A stretch of 64,000 nucleotides of DNA from Scyliorhinus canicula (lineage: Eukaryota): positions 43,921,159-43,985,158 of the forward strand of contig NC_052158.1 of NCBI RefSeq assembly GCF_902713615.1. Direction: 5' to 3'. The position numbers and the translations under genes were made by a program. The notes below the pieces were generated by a model. The model was not told the origin of the DNA. It worked only from the letters and a program-made list of their open reading frames with translations, and did not search any database. Of this stretch, positions 13,525 through 26,318 are shown piece by piece. Every line of letters begins with the position of its first letter. Within the stretch, counting starts at the first letter, position 1.

Positions 13525-13712
13525 TTTCAAGAAGAAATTAGATGCAGCTCTTGGGGCCAAAGGGATCAAGGAATATCGGGGCGGGGGGGGGGGGGGGGGC
13601 AGGATCAGGCTGTTGAATTTGATGATCAGCCATGATCATAATGAATGATGGAGCAGGCTGAAGGGCTGAATGGCCTACGCCTGCTTCTGTTTTCTATGTG
13701 TGTTTCTATGTA
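13525..13712 (+). mobile_element. CR1 3' end fragment
   Basis: gatcagccatgatcataatgaatg...aagggctgaatggcctac...ttctatg. Confidence 0.75.
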
Positions 13713-13835
13713 TTTCGTCAGAAACTTCTCAGGATCACTTCCAGCCACTAACTAACTCTGTAAAGCCTTAACATCTTACTGCTTCAACCCCTGGCTCCTC
13801 CCATTAACTACTAATCTCACTAAACTAAATACAAT

Positions 13836-14006
13836 GGGTGGGATTCTCCAGTCCACCAGTGCATGTTTTTCAGCCATGCGCGATTTGCTGGCGGCAGAAT
13901 TATATCTTCCCACTAATTGTCACCACTCCTTGCCATGGCAAAACCCACTGACAGGTGCGTGCTGCCGGCGGGAAATTTGAATTGCATTGACTGGAGTATC
14001 CAAGCC
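13836..14006. mobile_element. MITE, TSD AAT
   Basis: gggtgggattctcc ... ggagtatccaagcc; same family as 28463-28637. Confidence 0.7.
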
Positions 14007-14244
14007 AATGTCTCTAAATAACTACTCCACAGGGAATTCTCTTAATATAAACAAAAATCCCAAGCGTTTACGATGCTTTAATTGTACCTCAGGCTCCCTA
14101 AAAGCCTAGCTGTCTTGCAAACCAGGATTTTTTAAAACACTATTGAAGCAGTCTACACACTAACCCAGGCTTTTAACCTTTACTGCACCAAATACATATA
14201 ATACAATGTATCTAAAATTCCACAGGGCAGCAGTGGAATTTTAG

Positions 14245-14406
14245 CAGCAGTGTTACAGTGGTTAGCACTGGTGCCTCACAGCGCCGAGGTCCCAGGTTTG
14301 ATCCTGGCTCTGGTCACTGTCTGTATGGAGTTTGCACACTCTCCCGTGTTTGCGTGCCCCCCCCCCCTAATCGGAAAAATGAATTGCCTACTCTACATTT
14401 TTTTTT
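14245..14406 (+). mobile_element. HE1-type SINE, internally deleted
   Basis: cagtggttagcactg...ggagtttgcacactctccc. Confidence 0.7.
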
Positions 14407-15301
14407 GAATATCTGACATTCCTAAATTCATCACACCTCCTATTAAAAATAATGAACCAGCAATATAAACATATCGCTTCATTTTCCAAAGTCTTCTCAC
14501 TCAAAACAGGTATGTATCGTATTATGTTTCAGCATGCAAATTTAAACATTAGTCTTCACCCTTTCTTTTCCACCTTCAAACATTTTCTCACATTTCAAAG
14601 TCATCACAAAGCATCTGCAATCATGTTTTCTCTTCCTGCTATAAACTCCAGCTAAACAAGCTTTCATTTCCATCCTTAAACTTTTCCAAAAACTTTAATG
14701 GATTATGGTCTATGTCTCGAATGACTTATTAGCAACATAGATGCCAGAATGTTCTAACACCAATACGGAACTCAAAATATCCTTCTTGATGGCTAAATAT
14801 TGCCGTTGATGAATATTTAGATTCCGAGAAAAATAACAAACACGATTTTCTATTATTTTGTTATATTTCTCCAGTACAGCACCAACACCCACATCAATTG
14901 TGACCTTAAATTGCTTGTCATCATTTGGTTTTGCCAACACTGGTGCAGTGGTTAACATAGTTTTCAGATTGTTGAATGCCTCTTTTGTGAGGGCCACGAA
15001 GAATCCAGCACGAGTTTTCAGGATACAAAGAAATAACATTTATTTACAAATTAACATATATATACACAACAGCAGCAACAACTTCTCTTGCTGCCAAACT
15101 CCTCTCTCTCTGGTTCCAAACTGGCCAGCTCTATTTATGCAGGGAGTCTGCTAATGATTTCTCCGCACCCCTCATTGGGGAAGCTCATACTCCCACAGGA
15201 TTGTCATTAGTCCCCAGCCAATGGTAAGCAGGCAGGTTATAACATCCCTCCCCCCCCCCAAAGTCCAAGGAATCCACCGAAGACCCTGGCGAAGGAGGGC
15301 G

Positions 15302-17005
15302 TCAGACTCCTTTTGCCGCAGGCCAGACACCATTTGCACAAGGCGCTGGATCAGGCGGCGTGTAACGAAATGGAGACTGGCGCTTCCATGATGAACGACG
15401 TAATGGTTGTACGTCCACCGCCCGTCGGCCCGAGGATTCTCCATCTGAGGTGTCTTGTGTCTCCATCTCGGAGTCAGAGTCTGCTGCCTCCGTCATCTCG
15501 GTGTCTTTATCTCCACGCGGTTCTGTCACGACTTGCGCAGGCTTTGAGTGAGGCACCAGAGGAAGATTGAGAGGAATACTTTCCATTGTGTCTGGTCTCT
15601 GTGGCTGTAGGAATGAGCTTCTGGGGCGGACAATCTTTGGTAGGGATAGTCTTCTGGACCGAACATGGTCTACATGTTTGCGCTGGAGACGCCTCTGGGC
15701 TTGTACCTGGTAAGAGATAGGGCCCGTTTGGCGAAAGATTACTCCAGGGACCCACTGGGCACCACCAGCAAAATTCCGAACGAACCCTGGGTCACTGGGC
15801 GTAAACTGCCGAATCGGCCGATGCCGAGAAAAAACATGTCCCTGCCGTTCGCGGGTGCGGCGTACTTTTGCGCCAATGTCCGGGAAAACCATTCTAAGGC
15901 GGGTGCGACGTCTCCGTCCCATTAGGAGTTCTGCGGGAGCTACCCCAGTCACTGCATGGGGGGTGGTCCTATATGAAAACAAAAACCGAGCCAGTCTTGT
16001 GTCCATCGACACGGAAGACTGCTTCTTTAGGCCTCGTTTGAATGTCTGCACTGCGCGCTCCGCCAACCCATTTGAAGCCGGGTGGTAAGGGGCAGTGCGG
16101 ATATGACGTATGCCGTTCATCTTCATGAACCTTGCAAACTCCTCACTTGCCGGCGGAAGCTTCTGATGCTCCTGGCAAATGGAGCAGTTTTGGGCCACCT
16201 TCTCAATGTCGGTGTCGAGGCCTGGCCACCAGACATAACTCTGGACCAACATTTTCATTTTGGTCACACCTGGATGCCCATTGTGCAAGTCTCTCAGTAT
16301 CAGCTCCTGTCCCTTTTCCGGAACAATCACATGCGTCCCCCACAAAAGGATGCCTTCTTCCACGCTGAATTCGGACAGCTTGGAGGAAAATGCCCGCAAC
16401 TCGCCTGGGAGCTGTCTATGCTGCTCTCCATACAGGACTATGTGCCGAACCTTTGACAGGGCTGGCTCCGTCTGGGTCCACTCACAGATCTGTGATGCTA
16501 TGAGAGGCAAGGTGTCCATAAAATTTAGTGTTGCAACCACCTCACCGGTCATGGGGGTTGACATGGGGCCGGTCGATAAAGGCAATTGGCTCAGTGCGTC
16601 GGCATTCCCTATCTGGGTTCCTGGTTTGTGTTCCAGAGAATACTCGTATGCAGCGAGCAACAAAGCCCAGCGCTGGATCCGTGCGGAAGCAATGGGCGGT
16701 ATTGGCTTATCCTCTCTGAAAAGTCCCAGCAGAGACTTATGATCAGTCATGATAGTGAAGTGGTGGCCATATACGTACTGGTGGAAACGTTTCACTGCAA
16801 AGACCACTGCCAGGCCCTCCTTCTCGATCTGCGCGTACTTTGTTTCCGCTGCAGTCAATGTGCCTCCCGCGAAAGCTGTCGGCCACTCGGCCCCGTTCTC
16901 TATCTTGTGGGACAGGACGGTCCCAATACCATACGGGGATGCATCATATGTGATGAGCAAAGGCTTTCCAGGATCATAGTGGGTTAGTAACCCAGAAGAC
17001 GACAA
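15302..17005 (-). CDS. Gypsy RNaseH-integrase ORF (integrase core partly deleted)
   Basis: DASPYGIG, YAQIEKE.LA, TDHK.L, HHCC zinc finger, NGLAERAVQT. Confidence 0.85.
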   Translation of the reverse strand: MSSSGLLTHYDPGKPLLITYDASPYGIGTVLSHKIENGAEWPTAFAGGTLTAAETKYAQIEKEGLAVVFAVKRFHQYVYGHHFTIMTDHKSLLGLFREDKPIPPIASARIQRWALLLAAYEYSLEHKPGTQIGNADALSQLPLSTGPMSTPMTGEVVATLNFMDTLPLIASQICEWTQTEPALSKVRHIVLYGEQHRQLPGELRAFSSKLSEFSVEEGILLWGTHVIVPEKGQELILRDLHNGHPGVTKMKMLVQSYVWWPGLDTDIEKVAQNCSICQEHQKLPPASEEFARFMKMNGIRHIRTAPYHPASNGLAERAVQTFKRGLKKQSSVSMDTRLARFLFSYRTTPHAVTGVAPAELLMGRRRRTRLRMVFPDIGAKVRRTRERQGHVFSRHRPIRQFTPSDPGFVRNFAGGAQWVPGVIFRQTGPISYQVQAQRRLQRKHVDHVRSRRLSLPKIVRPRSSFLQPQRPDTMESIPLNLPLVPHSKPAQVVTEPRGDKDTEMTEAADSDSEMETQDTSDGESSGRRAVDVQPLRRSSWKRQSPFRYTPPDPAPCANGVWPAAKGV

Positions 17006-18966
17006 TTGTTGTTTTACCCGCCGGAAAGCGGTTTCTTGCGACTGACCCCAAACCCAGGTAGACTACTTCCTTTGCCTGAAAAACGCACTTTGTGCGCCGT
17101 AAACGGACTCCAGCCTCCGAAAAGCGTCTAAGGACAGCCTCCAAATTTTCTAAATGTTCCTGCTCCGACGTCCCTGTGATCAAAACGTCATCTAAGTAAA
17201 CAGCAACACGCGGTAAACCTCTCAAAATGCCCTCCATAATGCGTTGAAAAATAGCGCAGGTAGAGGATACTCCAAAAGGCAAACGTGTATATTCATACAG
17301 GCTCCAGTGTGTATTAATCATTACATGTGGCCGGGAGGCAGGGTCCAGCTCCAACTGTAGGTAGGCGTGACTCATATCTAATTTTGCGAACGAGAGTCCG
17401 CCTGCAAGCTTAGTGTAGAGATCCTCTATGCGAGGCATTGGGTATCGGTCGAGTCGGGAAGCTGTATTCACTGTAAGTTTATAGTCGCCGCACAAGCGAA
17501 CTGTGGCATCTGGCTTCATTACAGGTACAATTGGTGCTGCCCAGTCAGCGAAACGGACGGTCCTGATGATACCCGAAGTCTCCAAATGAGTGAGCTCCCT
17601 TTCTGCATTCACGAGCAAGGCGTAAGGCACCGGGCGAGCCCGGAAGTAGCGCGGCGTGGCTTCTGGTTCGACTTGGATACGGGCTACAGCCCCTTTTATT
17701 TTCCCCAAACCGGGCTGGAATACATCTGTGTATCATCCTAGAACCTCAGTCAACCCTCCAGAAACTGTTTGGAGGATGTGCTGCCACTGCAACCGCAAAT
17801 GGCGCAACCAGTCCCGACCCAACAGGCTGGGCCCATGGCCGTGCACCACGATAAGTGGGAATTGTCCCTCACTGCGTCCATAAACAACAGGGGTCATCGT
17901 AGTTCCTGCAATGTCCAATGGTTCCCCCGTATAGGTGGCCAAACTGGCCTGTGTGTTGGTTAATGTAAGCATCTGTGTACCCTGCTTGATGCGGTCGAAT
18001 GTCCTCTGGGCGATCACGGAGACCGCTGCGCCAGTGTCCAACTCCATCTCAAGCGGGTGACCATTGACCCGTACTGTCACTTTAATGGGAGCCATACGGG
18101 GAGCTGCCACACAATGCAGCTGCAGGCAGTCATCCTCCGTCTCCACGTCCTCGGGAGTAGTCGCCGCAGGTTCATCCAAATGAAAGGTACGGCCCCTGGG
18201 CTGGCCCCAGTTTCGGTCGGAACGACGGCGCCTCTGGCGCCCCCAGGACCGGCGTCCACGACGGGGTCGGCGCCTACAAGTCTGACACAGACATGGCTCC
18301 TCATCCATTGGTTCTGGAGAAGGCTCCCTTCGGGGAGGAACGTCGATCCGGACGTCGCCTTGCCCAAGGTACCGCAGGGGTGCGGGAGGATGCTTTCGGA
18401 CAGAAGCGGTTGCGCCCCAAGGTATGCACCTCCATTCCCTATAGCTCCTGTACTCCTCGTTTTGCGCTCTCTCGGGACAATATTATTTGAATGGCCTGTT
18501 GAAAAGTCAATGTTCTCTGGGTGGCCGCATTGTTAATACCGCAAACCAAACGGTCGCGTAACATTTCTGACAAGGTCTCACCATGGTCACAGTACTCCGC
18601 AATCCTGTGTAGCCTGGATAGAAAGTCGGCAAGAGATTCTTCTGGGGGTTTTTCAGCGGTATTAAACCGGTAACGTTGGACTATTGTGGATGGGGTTGGG
18701 TTAAAATGTTGCCCCACTAAGTTCACAAGTTCATCAAACGTTTTGGTGTCTGGCGCAGCTGGGTACGTAAGGCTCCTAATCACCCCAAACCTATGCGGGC
18801 TGCAGGCGGTGAGCAATATGACCACCTGGCACTCGTTTTCGGTGATGTTGTTTGCCCGGAAATAGTAACGCATCCTTTGTGCGTACTGGTTCCAGCTTTC
18901 CAGCGCAGCATCAAAAACATCCAAACGTCCATACAGAGGCATGTTGGAATAGAAAACAATTTCCAA
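16974..18966 (-). pseudogene. Gypsy gag, protease and RT, frameshifted
   Basis: ORFs 18439-18966 (LRDRLVCGI), 17733-18308 (LDTGA), 16974-17708 (LPFG, YLDD). Confidence 0.85.
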
Positions 18967-20288
18967 CCTGTGTCCAACAAAAATCCAGGGAGGTGGGTTC
19001 AGCAGTGTAGACAGCTATTCACTTTAACCCTCGTCGCCAGTTTTGTGAGGGCCACGAAGAATCAAGCACGAGTTTTCAGGATACAAAGAAATAACATTTA
19101 TTTACAAATTAACATATATATATATACAACAGCAGCAACAACTTATCTTGCTGCCAAACTCCTCTCTCTCTGGTTCCAAACTGGCCAGCTCTATTTATGC
19201 AGGGAGTCTGCTAATGATTTCTCCGCCCCCCTCATTGGGGAAGCTCATACTCCCACAGGATTGTGGGATTGTCATTAGTCCCTAGCCAATGGTAAGCAGG
19301 CAGTTTATAACAGCCTCCTAATGTCCACTGAAATTTCCTGTGCTTTTTCAGAAGTTCAGGAGCAAACACATCACTACACTTTGGTATGAGTTTCCCGTAG
19401 AAATGACTTATGCCCAGAAATCTCAGAACTTGAAATTAAATGAAAACTTCTCGCCTCATTGATTGTATTGGAAAATCCCTAATAGCCTTTGTTTTTACAT
19501 TCTGTGGGGCCATCTGACCATGTCCAATTATCGGCCGAAGAATGTGATTTGAGTTTTCCCAAATTCACTTTTAGCCAAATTTACCACCAATCCAGCCTCC
19601 TGTAGTCAGTCGAATAATTCCTTTAAATGTTCCAAATGCTCTTTCCATGTTTTGAACACCACCAAATCGTCAATGTACACTGCACAATTGTTTAGTCCAG
19701 AAATGACCTTGTTGGTTGATCTTTTGAATGTTGCTGGTGCATTCTTCATTCAAAATGGCATAACTTTAAACTGATACAGACCATTTGGGTCACAAAAGCC
19801 AAAACTTCCTTTGCCCTGTCTGATAAAGGTACTTGCCAGTGTCCTGTAAATAAATCAAGATTGGTTAAAAAAAATGTGCCTGTCTCACCTGTTCAACACA
19901 ATCTTCCAAAAGTAGAATCAGGTATGAACCTGACTGCAGTCTACGCACAATTGTTGTGTTTGATCTGATTTTGGTACCATCACAGTAGGTGAGCTCCAAT
20001 CGGTGCAACTCACTTCGATGATATCGTTCTTCAATGTGCTTTCAATCTCCTTTTGTACCTGTGCTAACTTTAGTGGATTGAGTCTGTATGGAAGTTGCTT
20101 AATTGGAGCAGCATTTCCTACATCTATATTATGTATTATTACTTTTGTAGTTCCCAATTCGTTCCCACATATAACATGTGATTCTAATAACTCTTTAGGT
20201 CACTTTGATTTTCCTCCGATTTTCCTCCGAAAGGTAATTGATCCCAATTTCTTTTAATTTCCTCATTGTCCAATTGTATGTGAGGAAT

Positions 20289-20640
20289 GGCAGCACGGTA
20301 GCATTGTGGATAGCACAATCGCTTTACAGCTCCAGGGTCCCAGGTTCGATTCCGGCTTGGGTCACTGTCTGTGCGGAGTCTGTATATCCTCCCCGTGTGT
20401 GCGTGGGTTTCCTCCGGGTGCTCCGGTTTCCTCCCACAGTCCAAAGATGTGCAGATTAGGTGGATTGGCCATGATAAATTGCCCTTAGTGTCCAAAATTG
20501 CCCTTAGTGTTGGGTGGGGTTACTGGGTTATGGGGATAGGGTGGAGTTGTTGACCTTGGGTAGGGTGCTCTTTCCAAGAGCCGGTGCAGACTCGATGGGC
20601 TGAATGGCCTCCTTCTGCACTGTAAATTCTATGATCTATG
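20289..20640 (+). mobile_element. HE1-type SINE, full length
   Basis: Consensus head, core and tail (gcactgtaaattctatgatctatg). Confidence 0.9.
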
Positions 20641-20864
20641 AATGTCAAATTCAGAATCATCTGGATTCATCTCTTCTCCATGAGTTACAATGATTATCAC
20701 CTCCTCCTTTCCTTCTCGATCAGAATTTTAACACAAAACACTCTGTGAGAGTTCCTTTTTTAAAAAAAAAATATTTTAATTCTCCTTTTTCACATTTTCT
20801 CCCAAACTTACACCGACCAACAATAAACAATAAGCAGTAATGAATACAATGCCAATCCTCATAT

Positions 20865-21091
20865 CACAGTAAGAAGTCTTACAACACCAGGTTAAAGTCC
20901 AACAGGTTTGTTTCAAACACGAGCTTTCGGAGCACGGCTCCTTCTTCAGGTGAATGGAAAGGCTTTCCATTCACCTGAAGAAGGAGCCGTGCTCCGAAAG
21001 CTCGTGTTTGAAACAAACCTGTTGGACTTTAACCTGGTGTTGTAAGACTTCTTACTGTGCTCACCCCAGTCCAACGCCGGCATCTCCGCAT
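20865..21091. mobile_element. Penelope-derived palindromic mini-element; 14-bp TSD caatcctcatatca
   Basis: Perfect inverted repeat 20865-21059 plus tail; TSD at 20853-20866 and 21092-21105. Confidence 0.9.
20972..21006 (+). ncRNA. Minimal hammerhead ribozyme motif (mirror copy on - strand at 20918-20952)
   Basis: cac CTGAAGA a ggagc cgt gctcc GAAA gct c gtg. Confidence 0.7.
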
Positions 21092-22797
21092 CAATCCTCA
21101 TATCAACAACAATCCCATCCTCACACCAAACTCCCAAACAGCACACCGCATGTTAACATAAACAAATAACAAAAAGGAATCAGGAATCACCCATAGTCAC
21201 CATTAACACATACAGTCCCCCCTCCCTCCCAACCCCTCCCCCAATGTTCAATGTTATCCAATTCTTGAAAGTGCACAATGAATAATGCCCATGAATTGTA
21301 GAACCCCTCCATCCTTCCCCTCAGTTCAAACTTAACCTTCTCAAGAATTAAGAATTCCAACATGTCGCCCCGTCACGCCAGGGCACGGGGTGGAGAGGTT
21401 GTTCTCCATCCCAATAGGATCTGCCTTCGGGCGATCAATGAGGCGAAGGCTACAACATCTGCCTCCGCACCCATTTCCAACCCCGGCTAGTTCGACACTC
21501 CGAATATGACCTCCCGAGTGCCCGGTCCAGTTTCATATACACCACTTTAGAGATTACCCTAAAAACCTCCTTCCAGTAATCCTCCAGCTTTGGACAGGAC
21601 CAAAACATATGAGCGTGATTCGCGCGCGCCCCCCCCCCCCCCCCCCCCCCCCCCGGCAACATTCGCACAGATCTTCTACCCCCTCAAAGAGTCGGCTCAT
21701 CCTCACCCTTGTGAGGTGTGCTCTATATACCACCTCCAGCCGTATCAGCCCCAACCTCGTGGACGAGGTGGAGCCGTTCACACTCTGGAGCACCTCACAC
21801 CAGAACCCATCCTCCATATCCTCTCCCAACTCTTCCTCCCAGTTTGCTTTGATCCCTTCCAGTGGTGCCGTCTCCTGTTCCAAATTAGCCCCGTTAACCA
21901 CCGACACTATCCCCTTCTCCAGTCCTCCTGTCGTCAGCACCTCCTCCAGCAATGTGGAGGCCGGCTCCACCGTGAAGTTCTGTATCTCCTTCATGGCAAA
22001 ATCTCAAACCCGCATGTATCTAAACATTTCCCCCTGCTCCAGCCCATACTTTGCTCCCAGCTCCTTCAGTCCTGCAAACAATGCCCCAAGAAACAAATCT
22101 TTTAGTGTCTTAATCCCCTTCTCCTCCCGTTTCCAAAAATTTCCATCCCACTTCCCTGGCTCAAATCTGTGGGCCCCCCGTATCGGCATTTCCATTGACC
22201 CTGCCCCCAACCCGAAATGTTGGCGAAACTGCCTCCAAATCCTCAATGGAGCAATTATTATCAGACTCCCTGTGTATTTCCCCGAGGCCATCGGGTTTAG
22301 CGCTGTTGCGAGCGCCTTTGTGAGGGTTTCTTCTGTTTGGCATTCTTATCAAATAATTTCCTCACTTAATTTCCTTTCAATTTGATAAGGCCCACTAAAT
22401 CTTGCTTTAATGGTTCACCTACTATTGGTAACAATAACTTTTTCCCCACTTACAAAGCTACATTTTTTTGATTTCTTGTCCAACTAATTGTTCCTCACAT
22501 GCTGTGATCATTTAAAATCTTTTCGAGCCAACTCACCAGCACTATGTTAATTTCTCCTTAAATTTTGACTCATCGTCCAACAATATAGTCTCAGATCGCT
22601 GACTCGCCAATTTCGCTTTGACCAGATAAGTGGTACTCTTACCCCATGAACAAAAATCTATTTGAATGGACTGAATTTAGTTGTTTAGGTGCAACCCTAA
22701 TTGCAAAGAGTACAAATGAAATTCCTTTATCCCAATGCTCTGGATAATCCTAACCAACGGCCCTCGGCATGGTCTTTAAAGTGTGATGCCATCTTTT

Positions 22798-24218
22798 TTT
22801 TAATTGAAAAATATTTTATTGAGGCATTTATATATACATCAAACACAACCATAAAACAGGAATGCAAATAATCAGAACTAATAAATATCTAACACCACCA
22901 CCCTGCTCCCCAGCTCCCCGACCTCCTCTTTTAAACCCACCCCCCCAGTCCCCAGTGCCGACATCTTAACTATTTTCGAAGAAGTCGATGAACGGCTGCC
23001 ATATCCAGGCAACCCCCTCCACAGACTCTCTCAAGGCGAACTTTATCTTCTCTAGCCTGAGGAACTCTGCTAGGTTGCTCACCCAAACCCCCGGTTTCGG
23101 CAGCCTCTCTCCCTCTGGACACCCGGGTCTTCTGACACTCCTAAGATCGTTACTTCTGGACTCGGGACGACCTTCGCCCTCAAGACCATTGATATTGGGT
23201 AGGGTGCTCTTTCCAAGAGCTGGTGCAGACTCGATGGGCCGAATGGCCTCCTTCTGCACTGTAAATTTTATGATAACGTCGTTGAAGCACCACCAGAATC
23301 CCTCAAGCTTCGGACAGGTCCAAAACATGTAGACATGATTCACGGGCCCACCCCGTGCACCGCCCGCACCTATCCTCCACTCCTTCAATAAACCTACTCA
23401 TCCTGGCCACAGTCATATATGCCCTGTGAACCACTTTAAACTGAATAACGCTAAGCCTAACACATGAAGAGGATGCATTCATCCTCCTCAAAGGCTCCTC
23501 TAAGAGCCCAGCCTCCACCTCCCTCCCAAACTCATCCTCCCACTTACACTTCACGACCCCTATTGGGGCTCCCTCCCAGTCCATTAACTGTTTATAAATT
23601 TCCGACACTTTGCTCTCACCTACCCCTATTTTTGACACCACCTTGTCCTGTAGTCCCTGGAGCGGCAGGTGGGGAAAGGTCAGCACTTGCTTCCTGACAA
23701 AATCCCTCACCTCTAAATATCGGAACCCATCCCTGATGGGCAATACAATTTCCTCCACCATCCTCTCCAAGCTCGAGAAGCTACCCTCATCGATCTCAAA
23801 AACACTCAATCTCCGCCAGTTGCCACCCCCAAAACCCCCCACCGGCCGCGCCCCCCCGGAATAAACCTATAATTCCCACAGATCGGTGCCCAAACCAAGG
23901 CCCCCTCCAGACTCGGGCGCTGCCGCCACTGTTCCCACACCCTCAGAGCCGCCACCACCACCGGGCTTGTGGAGTACCTGGTCAGCAAGAACAGTAGAGG
24001 CACCGTCAACAGTGCCCCCAAACTCGAGTCCTTCCAAGAGGCTGTCTCCATCCACTCCCACACCAACCCCTCCCCCATTATCCACTTCCTAACGATGGCT
24101 ATTTTCGCCGCCCAATAATAATTCATCAAGTTTGGAAGAGCCAAGCAGTTCCCCCCCCCCCCCCACCCCCCCCCCCCCCTCGACCCTGCTCCAGCAGCAC
24201 CTTCTTAACCTGCAGGGT
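22798..24218 (-). mobile_element. L1-clade LINE 3' fragment (SINE tail inserted at 23190-23275)
   Basis: ALPNL..YYWAA, HVYMFWTCPKL; TSD tgtgatgccatctttt. Confidence 0.85.
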
Positions 24219-24876
24219 TGTGATGCCATCTTTCTAATGCCCCTTGTGATTCTCGATGATAAACTGTTGAGTAAAATCACTTTATTCCTAAGCAATCCAT
24301 AACTTCAACATAAAATTGGATCCCTGATCTGATTGGATTTCTTTTTGCGGTCTGTATCAGGTAAAATGAATTAGTTAACTCCTCTATAATTCTCTTACCT
24401 GTAATGTTTCTTAAAGTAATGGCCTCGGGAAATCTAGTAGACTTATCCATTATGGTCAACATATACTGATTTTCACTTTTTGTTTTAGGCAGTGTTCCCA
24501 AGCAATGAATTAGGACCCTACTTAAAAAGTTCCTCAAATTCTGGAATGGGTATTAATGGTGCTGGTTTATTTAATACTTGAGGTTTCCCTATTACTTGAC
24601 ATGAGTGGCATGTACAGCAAAATTCCACTGCATCCTTATGCAGTCCAGGTCAATAAAAATGTTTTGGTATTTTTTTCTTGAGTTTTCCTTACTCCTAAAT
24701 GGCCCCCTACTGGTCATTATATGCTACCCGCAAAACCTCCTTTCTGTAACTCACCGGTAATACCACTTGATGAACTTCTGCCCATTTCTCATCTGCCTGA
24801 ATATACAAAGGGCTCAATTTTCCCATTAATACATTATTTGTAATGTAATAACACTCTGGCGAAGACTCATATTCTA

Positions 24877-25170
24877 GTGGTTAGCACGGTTGCTTCACAG
24901 TTCCAAGAACCCGTGTTCGATTACCAGCTTGGGTCACTGTGCGGAGTCTGCACATTCTTTGCACGTCTGCATGGGTTTCCTCCGGGTGCTCCGGTTTCCT
25001 CCCACAAGTCCTGAAAGACGTGCTTGTTAAGTGAATTGGACATTCTGAATTCTCCCTCTGTGTACCCAAACAGGCTCCGGAGTGGCGACTGGAAGCTTTT
25101 CACAGTAACTTAATTGCAGTGTTAATGTAAGCCTACTTGTGACACTAATAAAGAGTATTATTATTATTAT
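24877..25170 (+). mobile_element. HE1-related SINE with alternative tail
   Basis: Core plus ttcacagtaactt..ttgcagtgttaatgtaagcctacttgtgacactaataaa (tat)n. Confidence 0.8.
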
Positions 25171-25242
25171 TTCTGCATTTGCTTTCTGATACAACTGTTT
25201 TACCTCTGAACTTTTCTGCTGTACTTCTACCAATTTTTATTC

Positions 25243-25460
25243 AAATAAATGTAAAGTACCCAATTGTTTTTTTTCCAAATAAGGGGCAATTTAGCTTGGC
25301 CAATTCAGCTACCTGCAAATCTTTGGGTTGTGGGCGTGAGACCTATGCAGATACGGGAAGATGTGCAAACTCTACACGGACAGTGAGTCAGGGCCGGGAT
25401 CAAACCCGGGTCCTTGGCGCCGTGAGGCAGCAGTGCTAACCACTGCGCCACCATGCTGTC
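25243..25460 (-). mobile_element. HE1-type SINE
   Basis: Reverse-complement consensus. Confidence 0.8.
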
Positions 25461-26113
25461 CTGTTCTTCCACCAACTTCTTGAAGTAAAGATGTCCGTTT
25501 CATCCACCACCTGCTCTTGTTCTCCATCAATCATCTGATCAAACATTATTTGTGATAACTGAACCCCAGCCTCACTATCTTTACTCCTCAAGTTCTCTTC
25601 CTCCTGTCTCAAACTGTGGTTTTGTCATCTTGTCACCACACAATCAGGAAAATCGCTGGATATGCTTCTTGCAACACCTCAGTTATTTGACTTTCCACTG
25701 GCTCTTCAACCACAATAGACATCACTCCCACCTGTGATTCAGCCGTACCATTTCCCAGAATAAATTGTACTTCTGAAAAAGGTAATTTTTCTATTACCCC
25801 TACCACTACATCACTTTTCACTGGACTCTCTCACCTTACCCTTACAGAGTGGCACACTACTCCTCTCACCACTAATTCCACAAATTGCCATTTTCTGAAC
25901 TACATAGCTCCTTATTTCGTACCATTAAAACTTGACTTACTCCTTTATCTTAATCTCCACACCTACTCTATCCTGTACACAAGAGTAAACCGTACCCTCA
26001 CAAATAAAATATTTTTAAAAATCTGGCACCTGCTTATCCACCAACCTCTGAACAGGCTGTACACTCTGTTGCACCTCTTCCACTGGAACAATGGTATTTT
26101 TCTCCCACTTTAA

Positions 26114-26282
26114 TTTTTTCTTAATGTTTCTTATTGGGTTTTTGAACATAGCATATTTATCATTCTGTACACAGATTGATATAAATACATTTTTTTTAAA
26201 AACTTTTAAAAACCAGCTCAAAAACAGCAACTCTGTACAGTTAGCAATATTACATTTAACAAATAAGTAGGCACATGTTTGT

Positions 26283-26318
<36 letters not shown>

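Larger units (their letters stand above)
14983..19312 (-). mobile_element. Two-LTR Gypsy retrotransposon (gag-PR-RT-RH-IN), internally deleted, 5-bp TSD GCCTC
   Basis: Near-identical LTRs 14983-15244 and 19041-19312; PBS TGGCGACGAG; PPT at 15245-15259; LDTGA, YLDD, GHPG..KMK, PYHPASNGLAER; GCCTC at 14978-14982 and 19313-19317. Confidence 0.95.
20757..22318 (-). mobile_element. L1-clade LINE 3' fragment
   Basis: NHAHMFWSCPKL, VVYRAHLT; imperfect TSD tgtgag(a/g)gtt. Confidence 0.85.

Noticed and set aside
15313-19278. Plus-strand ORFs over the Gypsy element
   Set aside because: Antisense shadows of gag-pol with no independent motifs.
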